A stretch of DNA of 64,000 nucleotides from Octopus sinensis (Eukaryota), in contig NC_043004.1 of NCBI RefSeq assembly GCF_006345805.1, positions 103,726,001 through 103,790,000 on the forward strand. Direction: 5' to 3'. Shown here piece after piece: positions 37,723-50,904 of this stretch. The stretch's first letter is position 1. Every line of letters starts with the position of its first letter. The notes under the pieces are model-generated. The model was not told the origin of the DNA. It saw nothing but the letters and a program-made list of their open reading frames with translations, and did no database searches. Position numbers and translations under genes: made by a program.

Positions 37723-38119
37723 TATGTATGTATATCTCCTTCATAAGCTCGTCTTCCTAGCGTTCATAATAATTTTTCTATCGTCTTGGCTTAACATCCC
37801 TCACCGTTTGTTTTTACTTTTTGTTCTCACTGTTCTGTTCTTGCTACCACTTTCACCCTCCGCAAAAAATTCCAAATTTTATTTAATTTGCTTTGCGGGA
37901 AGGATTGTTTCAACCGAGTCGCATCTTGTCCTTACCTTCGTAACGCGAAGTTGATGAAACAGGGACAACTGATGAAGGGGGATATTCGTTGTGTTTTATG
38001 TCTCGTTTCTCTGTTTGTTGTTTTCGTTGTTCGAAAAAATTGCGTTTATATGTTTTTGTTTTTATTTTCGTTTCTGATTGTGTTCAATGTTTTTTTTTAT
38101 GTCCTGTACCCCTATATGC

Positions 38120-38162
<43 letters not shown>

Positions 38163-38221
38163 TATGTAGGCATGTACATATATGTATGTATATATGCATA
38201 TATTTATATATTATTACTATT

Positions 38222-38264
<43 letters not shown>

Positions 38265-38269
<5 letters not shown>

Positions 38270-38547
38270 GATACACTCTCCCGTCGAAAAGGACGTATGT
38301 GCGTTCAGCTTTTGCCGAACGGTCTTCACAAATGATTTGTGTGTAGTGATCGAATGTTCGTGCCGCACATTAGCTCGCTCGCTCCGTCAAATCGACGTTG
38401 TCTGAACAGGAGCATGGTGTGTCACGCGTCTAGTGATCGCAGAACGACATGAGATGAAGTGTTTTGCTCAAGAATGCAACGTACCACCCAGTCTAGGGGT
38501 TGAAATCACGGTCGCTAAATTGTGAGGGCAGCACCCTTACCACTTGG

Positions 38548-38550
<3 letters not shown>
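38265..38550 (-). mobile_element. tRNA-headed SINE of a further family, diverged
   Basis: The minus strand begins gtggccaagtggtaaggg (A-box), followed by a degenerate B-box and ttcttgagcaaaacacttc. Confidence 0.6.
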
Positions 38551-38585
<35 letters not shown>

Positions 38586-38689
38586 GCGCACGCACACACA
38601 TACACATTCAAATACACACACACATATCTATATACTTATATATATGTACATAAATATATATATGTGTATATATATGTATATATAATATA

Positions 38690-38963
38690 TATGTAACATG
38701 TGTGTGTGTGTATATAAATATATATTTATATATGGATGTATATATATGCATATATATATATATGCATATATATATATATATGTATATATGCATATATATA
38801 TAATATACATGTGTGTGCGTAAGATATATATATATATATTTATATATGGATGTATATATATGCATATATATATATATGCATATATATATATATATATATA
38901 TGCATATATATATATATATATATATATGTGCATATATATATATAATATACATGTGTGTGCGTA

Positions 38964-38990
<27 letters not shown>
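38690..38990. repeat. Higher-order minisatellite (~110-140-bp unit) built from TA/TG microsatellite
   Basis: The landmarks atgtgtgtgcgtaagatata and tttatatatggatgtatatatatgc recur in tandem. Confidence 0.8.
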
Positions 38991-39000
<10 letters not shown>

Positions 39001-39050
39001 AATGTATGTATGTATGTATATATGTAAATGTATGTATGTATGTATTTATG

Positions 39051-39083
<33 letters not shown>

Positions 39084-39413
39084 GTATGTATGTATACACA
39101 CGTTGGAATGTGTACCGGCTTGTATTTCAGGATCAGTTATTTGTGTTATCCTCATCCAGCTGTGAATTAAAGCAGCGAATCTGGTTAACTGTATATCACT
39201 AATGAGTGAATTCGTGTGGAAGAGAAGTTGATTAAAGGAGATATAAATAAAATGAAGTTTGATTTCCTCATTAAAACAGGAATTCGCTTCTAATGATGAA
39301 AAGGAGATTTAAAAAAGGAAAGGAAAAGAAAAGAAAAAAGATAAAAGGAAAAAGGTAAAGGAAAACTAATTATTATTAGATGTTAGTGATGACATTTTCT
39401 TTACTAAAATCTG

Positions 39414-39414
<1 letters not shown>

Positions 39415-39445
<31 letters not shown>

Positions 39446-39466
39446 TAGTAGTAGTAGTAGTTGTTT

Positions 39467-39505
<39 letters not shown>

Positions 39506-39546
39506 TAGTGGTAGTAGTGGTAGTAGTGGTAGTAGTGGTAGAGGTG

Positions 39547-39581
<35 letters not shown>

Positions 39582-39725
39582 GGTAGTAGTAGTGGTAGTC
39601 GTAGTAGTAGTGGTAGTGGTAGTCGTAGTAGTAGTGGTAGTGGTAGCAGCAGCAGCAGCAGTAGCAGCAGCAGCGGTAGCAGCAGCAGCGGTAGCAGCAG
39701 CAGCAGCAGCAGTAGTAGTAGTTGT
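39415..39725. repeat. (GTA/GGT/GCA)n compound trinucleotide tract
   Basis: Directly visible. It explains ORFs 39404-39808 and 39499-39858. Confidence 0.95.
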
Positions 39726-40702
39726 TGGTCGTTATCGTTGGGTTTGTGGTTCAGCCTTCCATGTTTGCTCTCACCGAGCAAGCACACCCATGTACAAAGA
39801 TGTTCCACCCGTGACTAACCCCCATCAATTTCATTCACCGTACATCTACGTACGTTAGTCTTAGCATTATAGCCAATCGCCCCGGGCAAACCACAACATA
39901 CAGAGATCAGAACTGAATTCCCGAACCGGAAGGATTTGCCGGACAAATCAATGTTCTGGGCCCTATAGTATTTATATATTGACAGCAAACCCCAACATAC
40001 ATAGGCCATATTTGGGCCTCTAGATCCGTAAGGCTTTGGGGCAAATTGCCCACGTGACCATGGCCTAAGACGGCACTCTATTTAGGGTTGTATTGTCCAA
40101 TGCTTTTGATTTTTAACAAAAAAAATCTTATGGACAGGCTATCGAATGTGACTCAATGTGGTCGATCGAGCTGGTCGAAACAGCAGCTAAATCTCATTTA
40201 AATTACACCTTACTGTAAAAAATAAAGCATGACACGGTAAGCATTTTTATCCCTGGTAGGCGGAAAGACAAGATGGCTACCTTTGGAGAGCATTTGGCGA
40301 TAAGTCTTCTTTATCAGGACGAACTTTGGGCTAAAATGCATCTACTTAACATCAAAAGGAACGGGGTTTGAAGGCAACAAAAGGTAAAGGACAAAGAGGA
40401 CCTCAAAGATATTTAAATTCAATCTTCATTTATTTATTCACACACACACACGCACACAGTTACATATGCATACAAGCTCACACACACATACGCACACACA
40501 CAAGCAAACAAGCGCAAGTGTGCAGCACAGACTAATACACTTGCATAGTCCTAGACGTATGCACACGCATACATGCAGACATTTGCACCCATGCAGCAAT
40601 AATTTATTGACAGCCCAAGGAACACCTCTATGTGGTTGTCTGCCATCTAGAAATAGCAGGCAATTCTCCCCTACACACACACAGAAACGCACACATACAC
40701 AC

Positions 40703-40756
<54 letters not shown>

Positions 40757-40779
40757 TATAAGTTTGTTTGTACATTATG

Positions 40780-40976
40780 CAGCGGCCATGCTGGGGAACC
40801 ACCTTGAAGAATTTTAGTCGAATGAATCGATCCCGGGACTTACTTTATCGGTCTTTTGCCGAACCCTAAGTTACAGGAACGTAAACGAAACGCCGTTGTC
40901 TTGCATTGGTGGGGGCCAAACACAGACGCAATCACAAACACACATACACACACATCTATACACACACATATATTAT

Positions 40977-41009
<33 letters not shown>

Positions 41010-41170
41010 CAACGAGCTTCTTTCAGTTTCCGTCTACCAAATTTACTCACAAGGGTTTGGTCGGCCCTATCTTAGAATAGAAGACACTTCCCGAAGGTAG
41101 CAAATAGTGGGATTGAACCCAGAACCCTGTGCCCAGGGACCAAACTTCTTACTACGCAGCCACTCCTGCC
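40780..41170 (-). mobile_element. SINE-A, diverged
   Basis: Tail, mid and head modules recognisable. Confidence 0.75.
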
Positions 41171-41213
41171 TATGTATGTATATGTATGAATGTATAACTA
41201 TGCGTATGTGCGA

Positions 41214-41264
<51 letters not shown>

Positions 41265-42219
41265 TATGCGTGGCTGTGCGTGCATGTGCATGTATTCGAG
41301 CAATACCATGCAGTTATTTTCAAATTGCGTATGTACCTACGCAGGGTCACACCATCGAATATATATATATATACACTCACACATTATTTAAGTACATACA
41401 TACATACATACATACATACATACATACATACATACATACATACAAATGGTACAGTTTGCAACGATAGAGGAAGTATATGAATATACTCAGTATATATATT
41501 AAAGTGTATATATTGTTTATTTAAACCGTTTTACTCTCGAACCGAAACGCCACTGCCATCAGTCAGGCGACATTTTCCTTTTATTTTTAATCTCCATTTA
41601 TATTCATTCAAGCATCAAAGAAGGTTCGTTCCTCTGTGTGTACCTTTCGCTTTTATTGGCCACCAGTGGATTTTCTTGTGTTTTTTATTGTTATTGTGGT
41701 CTTTTCTATTATTAATCGATTTTTTTTTATCGTATCCGGTTTCTCTAAGTTGTTGTATATTGGTTAGTCGCTTAATCTTATTTTGTTCAGATTTTGTCTT
41801 TAAAATCATTGGTCGATTTCGTTCTTGTTTCCTGTTTTAGTAAGTTATCGCACATTTTCATTGGCTTCTGCTAGATTTCATTTGTGTGTTTCACTATCTC
41901 TGAATTGCTGGGGTCAGTATTAACTCTGCATGTGTTTCGTTTGATCTCCCTAAATTTTATTGTTCTGTTATGCCGTTTATCAGTTCACTGTAATAATGAT
42001 ATCCAGTTTCTGAAATTGTTAATTCCTTTAGGTGTTGGATTTATCTGTTGTCGCTAAATATTATTTTGTTATTATGCTCTTGCTTTCGTGGTCAGTTCGT
42101 TTGCGATTGAATTTTCCGATCACTACGACGATTATTGATTATTACCTTTCTTACACAGCTATTTCCATTGCTATTACGTCATGAAATGCTTAGCCTGTTT
42201 GCAATTCAGACCAATTTTT

Positions 42220-42480
42220 TCAAATAAACTTATTCTGGTGTCTACACCATGAGATTAGATCACCTCTCTCATTGAGTGAGCAAATGTTTTGTATAATTGT
42301 ATTGCAGTTTTCTGTAGTACACAGGGATCATGAAATCTGAATTCTTTTCATTGAGCCCTTTATTAAACACTTGCGCATTATTTCTATGAAATATTTATTC
42401 TGAAGACAAATACTATTATAGCTCACTCCTGATTTTATTTGTGAATTAAATTATCAATGTTTGATATTGAATATTTAGCA
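42220..42480 (-). mobile_element. Ancient PLE GIY-YIG C-terminal remnant of a different lineage
   Basis: The minus strand gives SLCTTE..TII......LNERGDLISWCRHQNKFI*, matching the PLE C-terminal pattern LCL.EK..I....LLNKR.EL.S.CRH.NK (recalled, not searched). Confidence 0.6.
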
Positions 42481-43349
42481 TTTTTTAAGGAATAAAGGTT
42501 ACACGGAGAATGATAGTATTTTCGAAATTTCATTAAGTCTGCATGGATTCTGGAGATTTCAAAAAATATGTCGACATCAGTGTATATATAAAATCAGTAA
42601 CGGTTTGATATTGGTCACTGTATCTGTTGATGGGGGCGAGGAGTGTATATCATTTTATACACAAATTTACGCTAGAAACATGGGCACGTGTCCAGAGAAA
42701 TGATATATAGGATTGGTACTATATTTGACAGCATATTAAGCATGTAAGGCACTCCTCGATACCAACAGGAATACTAAGAAAAAAAATCTTTTTATCGTGT
42801 TTCAATATAGCTATAGTGTAACAGAAAATAAAATTCGGTAAAAACATGCAACTCGAACAGCAGGAAGAATCTCTTTAATAAGTATACTATTATAATTTAC
42901 CAGAGAAAACAAAAGCAGCTTAGCTGGAGCAGAAAATACTTTATAGCAACAAGCTTCCAATAGAGATGAAAATACCGGTAAATCAGGAAATCCAACTACA
43001 AGAACTGTCATCTTACATAAATACATTAATGGCAGAAAGAACAAAAATACCATATTTATCCCTGGCCTCATTAATTTTCATTTTGGTTAGAAATATCTTT
43101 CACACAGTTTCTTTTAATTCCTGTTCAAGTTGTGGTTAAAGTAGGACAAAATTAGTCACATTTACCTACTTTTTAAAATTTTTAGCTATCTATAACCTTT
43201 GTTCTTGCTTCCTCCATTCTCTTATAATTCTTTTACTTGAGGTAGTGTCCCTCAAAACTCACATTGTAGCACTCTATTACCATATTCCTTAGCATAGATT
43301 TCTGCTAGTTTATTGGTCTCAGAACAGTCTTCTATGCACAACGAACTCT

Positions 43350-43512
43350 TTAATTCTCTACGGAATTGTGCCCTGCCACTTGGAAGCGCATTTCAGTGAG
43401 CGCCGTTTCAAAAAAAGGCAAACCCATCCGATCCAATGAACTACCCTCTCATCGGCCTCACTTCTAACATCTCGAAGGTAATGGAAGCAGCCATAACGTT
43501 TCTCAACATTGT

Positions 43513-43558
<46 letters not shown>

Positions 43559-44430
43559 GCCTTCAGCGATTGTCACTACAGCTTCCGCAGAGCCAGATTC
43601 ACTGGATACCTATTCTCTTACATCATTCACCAGTGAGATCTCGCTTCAGAGAAGTTCTTCAGCAAAACTAATAATATTGTAGCTTCAGGCATTAGCAAAG
43701 TCTTCGCTCATGTCTGGCAAGCGAATCCCCAAAGAAAACTTATCGCCAACGGGCTCCAACCATCGCCCATCTCTTGGGTCAGTGGCCCCTTTTCAGATCG
43801 CAAGCACATGTTTAATGGAGCTCTTTCTGCCCAATTCTCATTTAATTCTGGTCTTCCTCAGGTTTCGGCTTTATCCACCACTCTTTTCGTCCTATACATC
43901 AATTACCTACTTGTCGCCCACATCAGTTTCCATTCTCATATAGATGATACGACCCTTCATTCTTTACGAAATTTCTCTAACTATGCATCATCTACACGCA
44001 GCCCAAAAACCACATTCCAAACCTCCATTGATTCCATAAACTGGGACTATGAAAACATTCTCAAGTAATATCATCTAACATTGACTTTTCGAGCAGAAAA
44101 AAATCAAGTATTGCTAATATCAAATATACACCACCTTAACTCTCCAAATATGAGCAGCATTCAGTTAGATACTTCTCAGTCGCTCTAAATGCCGGGCCTC
44201 GGTATCACCACTGGTCTCTTCTGGTGAAAGTACGTCCTTAACATAACTAGGACCGTATCCGAAAGACTGGCCCTTCTCTTCGACGCCAGAAAATCTTTCA
44301 GCCACTCCTATAATAGCTGCTGACACTCTACAAGGCTCAGATAAGATCTATAATGTTGTACTGCGCCCACTTCTGGAATGATGCTGTTGCTACGCACACA
44401 CGCATCCTGGATCGCATCTAGAGATGGGAC
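43350..44430 (+). mobile_element. CR1/L2/Jockey-group LINE RT fragment, decayed
   Basis: MNYPLIGLTSNISKVME, SDCHYSFRRAR.TG.L, SGLPQVSALSTTLFVLYINYLL...SHIDDTTL and LYKAQIRS. A (CT)n insertion lies near 43505. Confidence 0.85.
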
Positions 44431-45409
44431 CCTCTGATTGACAGTCAATCACAGTCGGATGATAGGGCCGCATAATATCAATTCAGATCGATATAATTTG
44501 CTATTGAAGCATAAAGGTTCGGAATGGTAGGATAATCTGAGGCATTGATGCCGTTTCCATTAGTTTATGTTAGTTTTAATGAGAGCGTCAGAGCTGGTCT
44601 AAAAGGTCAATCTTTACAATCTTCCATCAGTGTTGCCTGGTGTTTCTAGTTTGCTTAGAAGTCGGTAGAGACAATTCATCTCTAAAATGCTGTTGCTGTT
44701 GACGCTGGTTTGACCCTAGGTTAAAACTGATAGAGCAAACAAATAAACCCAAATCATTCCAGCTGTAATCATCTTCCTTCAAAGATATCTGTGGTTACCT
44801 TATTCTACGTATACTTCTTGAGTGGTTTGATTTGGTGGAGATTTGACTGCTATTTCTAGCAGGCAAAGTGACCATATAGTGGCTTACTCGAAATAAGTAG
44901 CTGAAAGGTATTCTGTGAGCTTGCGTAATTTTGTATCATGTCATAAACTGTCGTCCTATCCAGGAGAAGAGAGATGTCTCTTCACTGACCAACACCACGA
45001 ACAATATTCGTGTTCTACGCGTGTTAACTTTCTACACATGGCTGAGGTGGACCACAAAGACTTCAGGGCCTTTGTCCGGTAGTGAGAAACGGACTGCCGA
45101 CTAATATTGCGACATACACAGAGAAAAACAATGACGCAGCCGCTGTGGGATCGTTCAACCTGTTAGAAAAAGTAGTCAAGTCTCACTCAAATCATACTCC
45201 AGCATCTCGAAATAAAAAAAAAAATTCCTGTCAGATAATGTAGTAAGAAATATAAATTCATTCCACAATTGGCAGCACCTCGATACCAACAGGAATACTA
45301 AGTGAGAGGGGTGAGTCGACTACATCAACCCCAGTGCTCGACTGGTGTTTATTTGATCGACCCTGAAACGATAAAACATACGGCCATCCTCGGCGGAATT
45401 GTGAAGTCT

Positions 45410-45630
45410 TTATCTTTTATCGTTTACTTGTTTCAATCATTAGACTATGACCATGCTGGGGCACCGCCTTGAAAAATTTTAGCCGAACGAATCGACCCCA
45501 GTACTTATTTTTTTGTTTTAAACTTGGTACTTATTCTACCACTCGCTTTTGCCGAACCGCTAAGTTATGAGGCCGTAAACATACCAACACCGGTTGCCAA
45601 GCAGTGGTCACACACATACACACACACACA

Positions 45631-45675
<45 letters not shown>

Positions 45676-45800
45676 CACACACACACACGACGGGCTTCTT
45701 TCAGTTTCCGTCTACCAAATCCACTCACAAGGATTTGGTCGGCCCGAGGCTATAGTAACAAGAAGCTTGCTCAAGGTGCCACGCAGGCGACTGAACATAA
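45410..45800 (-). mobile_element. SINE-A, diverged
   Basis: Tail and mid modules with an internal (CT)n/(CA)n tract. Confidence 0.75.
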
Positions 45801-46984
45801 AGTGCCGGAACTGAAGTCGTTAACCATTTTATTTGACTCACAGAAATAACAGGATTGTCACAATGGGAGCGTCTTTTATCTTCGTGTTGAGGCGAATTAA
45901 CAACAAGAGTGCTAGATAAAAAAACGGCAGTAAAAATACAAAAATCGAAAAAAAAATATTATGATAACGAACGCTGATGGTAGATATAGTGTAAGCAGAC
46001 GTTTGCAGTGAGTAAAGCGATCGATCAACATTTAAACAGCATGGAATAACTAACCACGATTTATTACATGTATTTATCTCTCCAGGCACCGGTGCGAATA
46101 AATAGAATCAATTGCTTAACCTTCCGGTAATCAGTGAGGTATCCGTCAACAGGTGAACAGCACTGTTAATTTTGGCGGACAAGGGTAGGAGCAGATGACG
46201 AAACTGTATATTATACTGATAAATATATCAATATCCATATTCCTATAAAACATCTAAGACAGCTTAATGGAATACCAAATCGATTCCGCTCCTCGAGTCT
46301 GATTTTTTAAATTATTTTTAACCGACTCTGGGGAGGATAAAAGATAAAAGGGAATAGTTGACCTCTGCGTGATTTGAACTCAGAATCCAAAAAGGACGTA
46401 ACTAAATACCGTTGGCGTTGTATCCAACGTTCTAGCGATTCTGCCCGTTCCACAGCCGTAGTTGTTTTATAGCTTATAGGTTTTATATTTCTTTGCAGTT
46501 ACACTTTCAGTGTTTGTCATAAAACACCTTCCATTACAGGACTGGAAGACGATGACTCAGCAAAGAAAATTATGACTCAATACATTCAACAATGACAACC
46601 CGGATATCCGGTTACTGGGTTAAGACGACTTCTGTAATTGATCTGTTTCAATCAATCGATATTAGCAATACCTTCATTGTTTTTTTTTGTTTTGTTTTGT
46701 TTTTTTTGCTTGTTTCTTTCACTGGACTGTGGCCATGCTGGGGCACCGCTTTGAATGGGTTTAGTCGAACAAATCGCGACATCAGTACTAATTTTAAGTT
46801 TGGTACTTATTCGATCGGATCTCTTTTTGCCGAACCGCTAAGTTACGGGGAATACAAACAAAAACCTGTTGTCAAGAAGAATTGGAGAACAAACACAAAA
46901 ATAAAGACACATACATACATACATACATACATACATACATACATACATACATACATACATACATACACAAACACGTGCATACAT

Positions 46985-47327
46985 ACATACACACTCCTGC
47001 AAAGAAGGCGGGAGAGATATGCTGCAATATACATCTGGAAAATCTTGGAAGGACTTGTACTTGGAAGGACTCTGGCATTGAAAGTTATATAAACACCAGA
47101 ACTGGGCGCCATTGCATAGTGCTTAAAATCCCACCCTTGCCATCAAAATACAGGAACAGGTACTGCAATAGCTTGGGATTCAGGGTCCCACAGCTCTTGA
47201 AGAAACAGAGAGCTTACATGGTGTGCATGTAGATGTCTCAAAATGAAATACGATCTCCTACTATCAAAAGTTCCAGATCAATCAGTTTTACGACAAAAAG
47301 CAGGAATGAGGGCAGAAGCAGAATCAA
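46985..47327 (+). mobile_element. CR1-like LINE 3' fragment
   Basis: YTLLQRRRERYAAIYIWKILEGLV and TRTGRHC...NSLGFRVPQL...LLSKVPDQ. Confidence 0.85.
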
Positions 47328-47328
47328 A

Positions 47329-47711
47329 CGAGCAAAGCGCCTCCCGTCCAATCGACGATGCTGAGTTGTCAAACATTTAAAGCAAATTTTCTCAAAACAA
47401 CTTGTTCGACCGTCCCGTAGGCCTCCCCTTTTAGAAACACTGATTTAACCTAAATTTGAAGCACCGTGCATTTTTCTCGCGTACGCGTAGTATCGATCGC
47501 AACAGCTGATGTACTTGCTCGTACAAATGCACGTTCCCACGGCTTTATCGATCGCATTCTCACCTGGAATCGATTTTTTGTAATTCTTTCAAGACTTATA
47601 CACGCCCTGATACCGTCGGTATCTACATATCAAATTTGAGCGCACTCCGATGGAGGATGCCCGTGATCCTAGAAGACACACACACAGACAGAAAGGATTT
47701 TATATAATAGA
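47329..47711 (-). mobile_element. Helitron-like non-autonomous element, copy 1
   Basis: Starts A|TCTATTATATAAAA, has a subterminal hairpin, and ends GCTCG|T. Both ends are shared with 53857-54392. Confidence 0.7.
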
Positions 47712-48553
47712 TACAGGATGTGTGTCTGTCTGTGTGTTTGTCATGTTAAAACTCGAAATCTACCCAACCGATTTTAATGAAATTTTACACATGCAATACA
47801 TAGGGTTCGTGGAGTGTCATGGCCAAAATAATTCTCAACTTCTTGCCTAATATGGGCCCAGGGGTAGATAAACCGCATTTTAAAGGCCTTTTCGATGTGT
47901 TAAGGCTCTTAACTCGAAGTGTGTACAGTCGCTTTCCTCCAAATTTGCAACAAACATTAAAAACAGGCTCCTCGAATTGCTATTGACTAAAAAAAAAATT
48001 CTAACGCCGACTATGCTCCCCCCACCACCACAAATGTAGATTAATTAGATTTAAGTATACAGGGTTTTATCTTTGTTTTAGACCATTTTCACACGAAAAA
48101 AAAAAAGATACTACTTATGCATTATAAGTAGCGTATAATATTTCATGAAAACCTTTTTGTCCAATTTGACAGAGGAAATGGGAAGATTAAAATTTTCGTC
48201 GACGCCAAGTTGATACTTCATCTTACCATCCCGCGCACCTCTGGACCATGTGCGTGTGTATGCGCGGCTAGGTAAAGCCATAACAAACCCCATTCATCCA
48301 TTCTCCAGAAGTGCCCTGTTGATGTTTCACGTTTTCAATCCTGCACACGCAGCATGGCCCGGGAGCATGTCTGCTTTCTATGTCATCCATGTCTGAAATA
48401 CATAATGCAAAATGTTCATATAAAAACACAAGGCGCTGTTGTGACTCACAGCCATTTGAAGTTTGACCGCGTGACCACTTTCGGAAGGTACACGCGCCAC
48501 CTGCATTTAGTGCCCCCTGTGTGTCCTCCCACGTTTAGTCGGACGAGTAAGTT

Positions 48554-49035
48554 CGGGGTGTCCCAGAATTAATGATGATTTGAGTGAAATCGGATGCATT
48601 TTTTAAAACTCACTTTTATTTGTTTATCATGTTTAAAAGTGTATAAATTTTGAATTTTGTTTATAATTTTATTTTCATTCCTGTTGGACCCCAATTATTT
48701 GTCAATGAGAGCCTTTTTTTTTTTTTTTCAATTTAGCAGCAATCATTTTCTTTACCTCCATCCCCAAGATAGAACAATCGTTTAGCTGAGCTTAAAGAAC
48801 ACGTTCTGTTTAGCAGCGCCGGAGCTAACTCCTGAAATGCTTCAAAATGTGTTCCACAACGCTAGAAGACATTTGAAGTATGTAGAGATACAAGCATGTT
48901 GAAAATTTTCACTCTCATTAAAACTAAACGTAAGATTTATAAATCTATTTGTTTTGGTAATAAACATAAAATTATGTCAGTGTTTTTAAAATTTGCTCAA
49001 TTTCATTGAAACATAGTTAATTCTGAAACACCCTG
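48554..49035 (+). mobile_element. Internally deleted Tc1/mariner element
   Basis: Imperfect TIRs c(g/a)gggtgt(cc/tt)cagaatta, a transposase C-terminal remnant TPEMLQNVF, and a 3' TA. Confidence 0.6.
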
Positions 49036-49446
49036 TATGGTGTAGCGTTTTTAGTTGTTGATTGCGCGAATAAATATTAAAATCAAAGGACTTCTCGCCG
49101 TAAGCATCCCCGCTTTTAGTTAAGCATATTATATCCAAAGCGTATCTCTCCTTTATAGGCATGGCTGTGTAGTTGAGAAGCTTGCTTTCCAACCATGTCG
49201 CCTTGGGTTCAGTCCCACTGTGCGGCATATTGGTTAATTCCCTTTAATTACAACTCCGCGCCTACCAAAGCCTTGCGTATCATATAATCGTCATTACTGT
49301 ATTGGTATATAAAATAATACATAAAACTCACTTATTATTGTCATATAATAAACTAACAGAAGTTCGTGTATGAAATTGGTCGTTTTTCTACTTCAGTTCT
49401 TACATATTTTTTTTCTTATAAAATACACACATACAGGAGGAGTAAA

Positions 49447-49530
49447 TCTATATATATAATAACACTTTGAATGTTGATCCCGAGAAAGAGTAAAAGTAAT
49501 TGCCCGATCAACGACGGGTATTACTGCAAG
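49447..49530 (+). mobile_element. 84-bp micro-Helitron-like element
   Basis: A|TCTATATATATAATA...CCCG(a)TC-aac-GACGGG...GCAAG|T. Confidence 0.55.
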
Positions 49531-49698
49531 TATAAAACAATTTAGCATTGAACATCGAATTACTCAATACTTTAGGTAGTGTAAATGTGTATTAATTTTT
49601 GCTCGGAAATGATTGATAGTGGCTTCGAAGTTTCGGTTTCTTTGCCGTCTTCAGACTGTTTCATGACGGCCAGTAAGTCATTATTAACATACATACTA

Positions 49699-49742
<44 letters not shown>

Positions 49743-49921
49743 ATAGGGTTCTTTCAGTTTCCGTCTACAAAATCTACTCACAAGATTTTGATCGGTCCGA
49801 AGCTATAGTCGAAGACATTTGCTCAAGGTGCCACACAATGGGACTGAGCCCGGAACTACATGGTTGGGAGGCAACCATCTTACCACTCAGCCACGCTTAT
49901 GTATGTGTGTATGTATGTATG

Positions 49922-49955
<34 letters not shown>

Positions 49956-49994
49956 TGTATGTATGTATGTAGTATGTATCTTCTATTTTTTAAT

Positions 49995-50900
49995 TATTAT
50001 AAACCTTCTACTGAGGAGGGAGTCGGTTTCCCACAAAGGTACAAGGTTCCATCTTTGGGATGCAATTAATACAGACAAATTCACATTTAGAACTTGAGAA
50101 AGGCTTGCATATTTTTACTCTTCCACTCACAGATTGCACTTGTAATGTACGAATTAGCCGGTCGATTTCTTTCTGAAAATCCCAGTTTATCCAGATTCTC
50201 CTTTAAGTATTTAGTAACAAAGCCTGGTGCTCTAATTATTATTGGTATAAATATGAATTCATAGTCTGGGCTTAGAAGCTGGAGGTTTCGAAGCAGTTGT
50301 CCATAGATATCTTTCTTTGATTTTCAAAGAGATATTTATATCTGCAGGGCAGCTGACCTCTGCGACAGTACATACTTTTGCTTCTTTGTCCCAAACAACA
50401 ATATCCGATGAATGTATTCCATAGCAGAGGAATTTTCTAAGCTTATATGCGGATGGCATTATAAATTGTGCTACACAGGAAGATAGTACAGTGATGACGT
50501 TTTGGGACAGCTGTTAATCACATGCGTGATGTCTACCACAGAACCATGACATAGCCTACACAAGTGGTTGCATATTGGGATTACAAGAGCGTCGCTGTCT
50601 TTCTTATTCACCAGGTACTTTGAGGCGATCTCCTGTTCCTGGATTGCAAACGCATAACCTTCAAAGTGTGATGTGATGTGGTAGCCTTATGCCCGAGAGA
50701 GGCTGCGCTTCGTGTCAATTCTGCTGTCATCTTCAAGCTTTCGGGCAACATACCCATGCATAGTCTTCTTTTTTGTATGCTAAATGCTTTTTATCCAGGT
50801 CTTCTCTCGAGTAGAGAGCCCAGCGGTTTTAGGGCTGTATAGGAGATCATCAGGAAGAGCGCTTCTTGAGGAGCTCACTGCCAACTCGTACAATGTTGCT
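49995..50900 (-). mobile_element. Second R4/Dong-like RLE retrotransposon 3' fragment (different family)
   Basis: HFEGYAFAIQEQEIASKYL, CRLCHGSVVDITHVINSCP, SDIVVWD...VAEVSCPADINI and PIII..PGFVT. Confidence 0.85.
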
Positions 50901-50904
50901 CACT

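Noticed and set aside
39404-39858. Poly-Leu, poly-Val or poly-Ala/Thr exon
   Set aside because: The Thr/Ala frame is closed by a stop just upstream, there are no convincing splice sites, and it is a compound trinucleotide tract.
42754-45302. Identical 25-mer cctcgataccaacaggaatactaag at 42754 and 45278
   Set aside because: Both lie in fragments of what appears to be another dispersed repeat (similar pieces at ~11960, 40130 and 44690), so the match is not informative alone.
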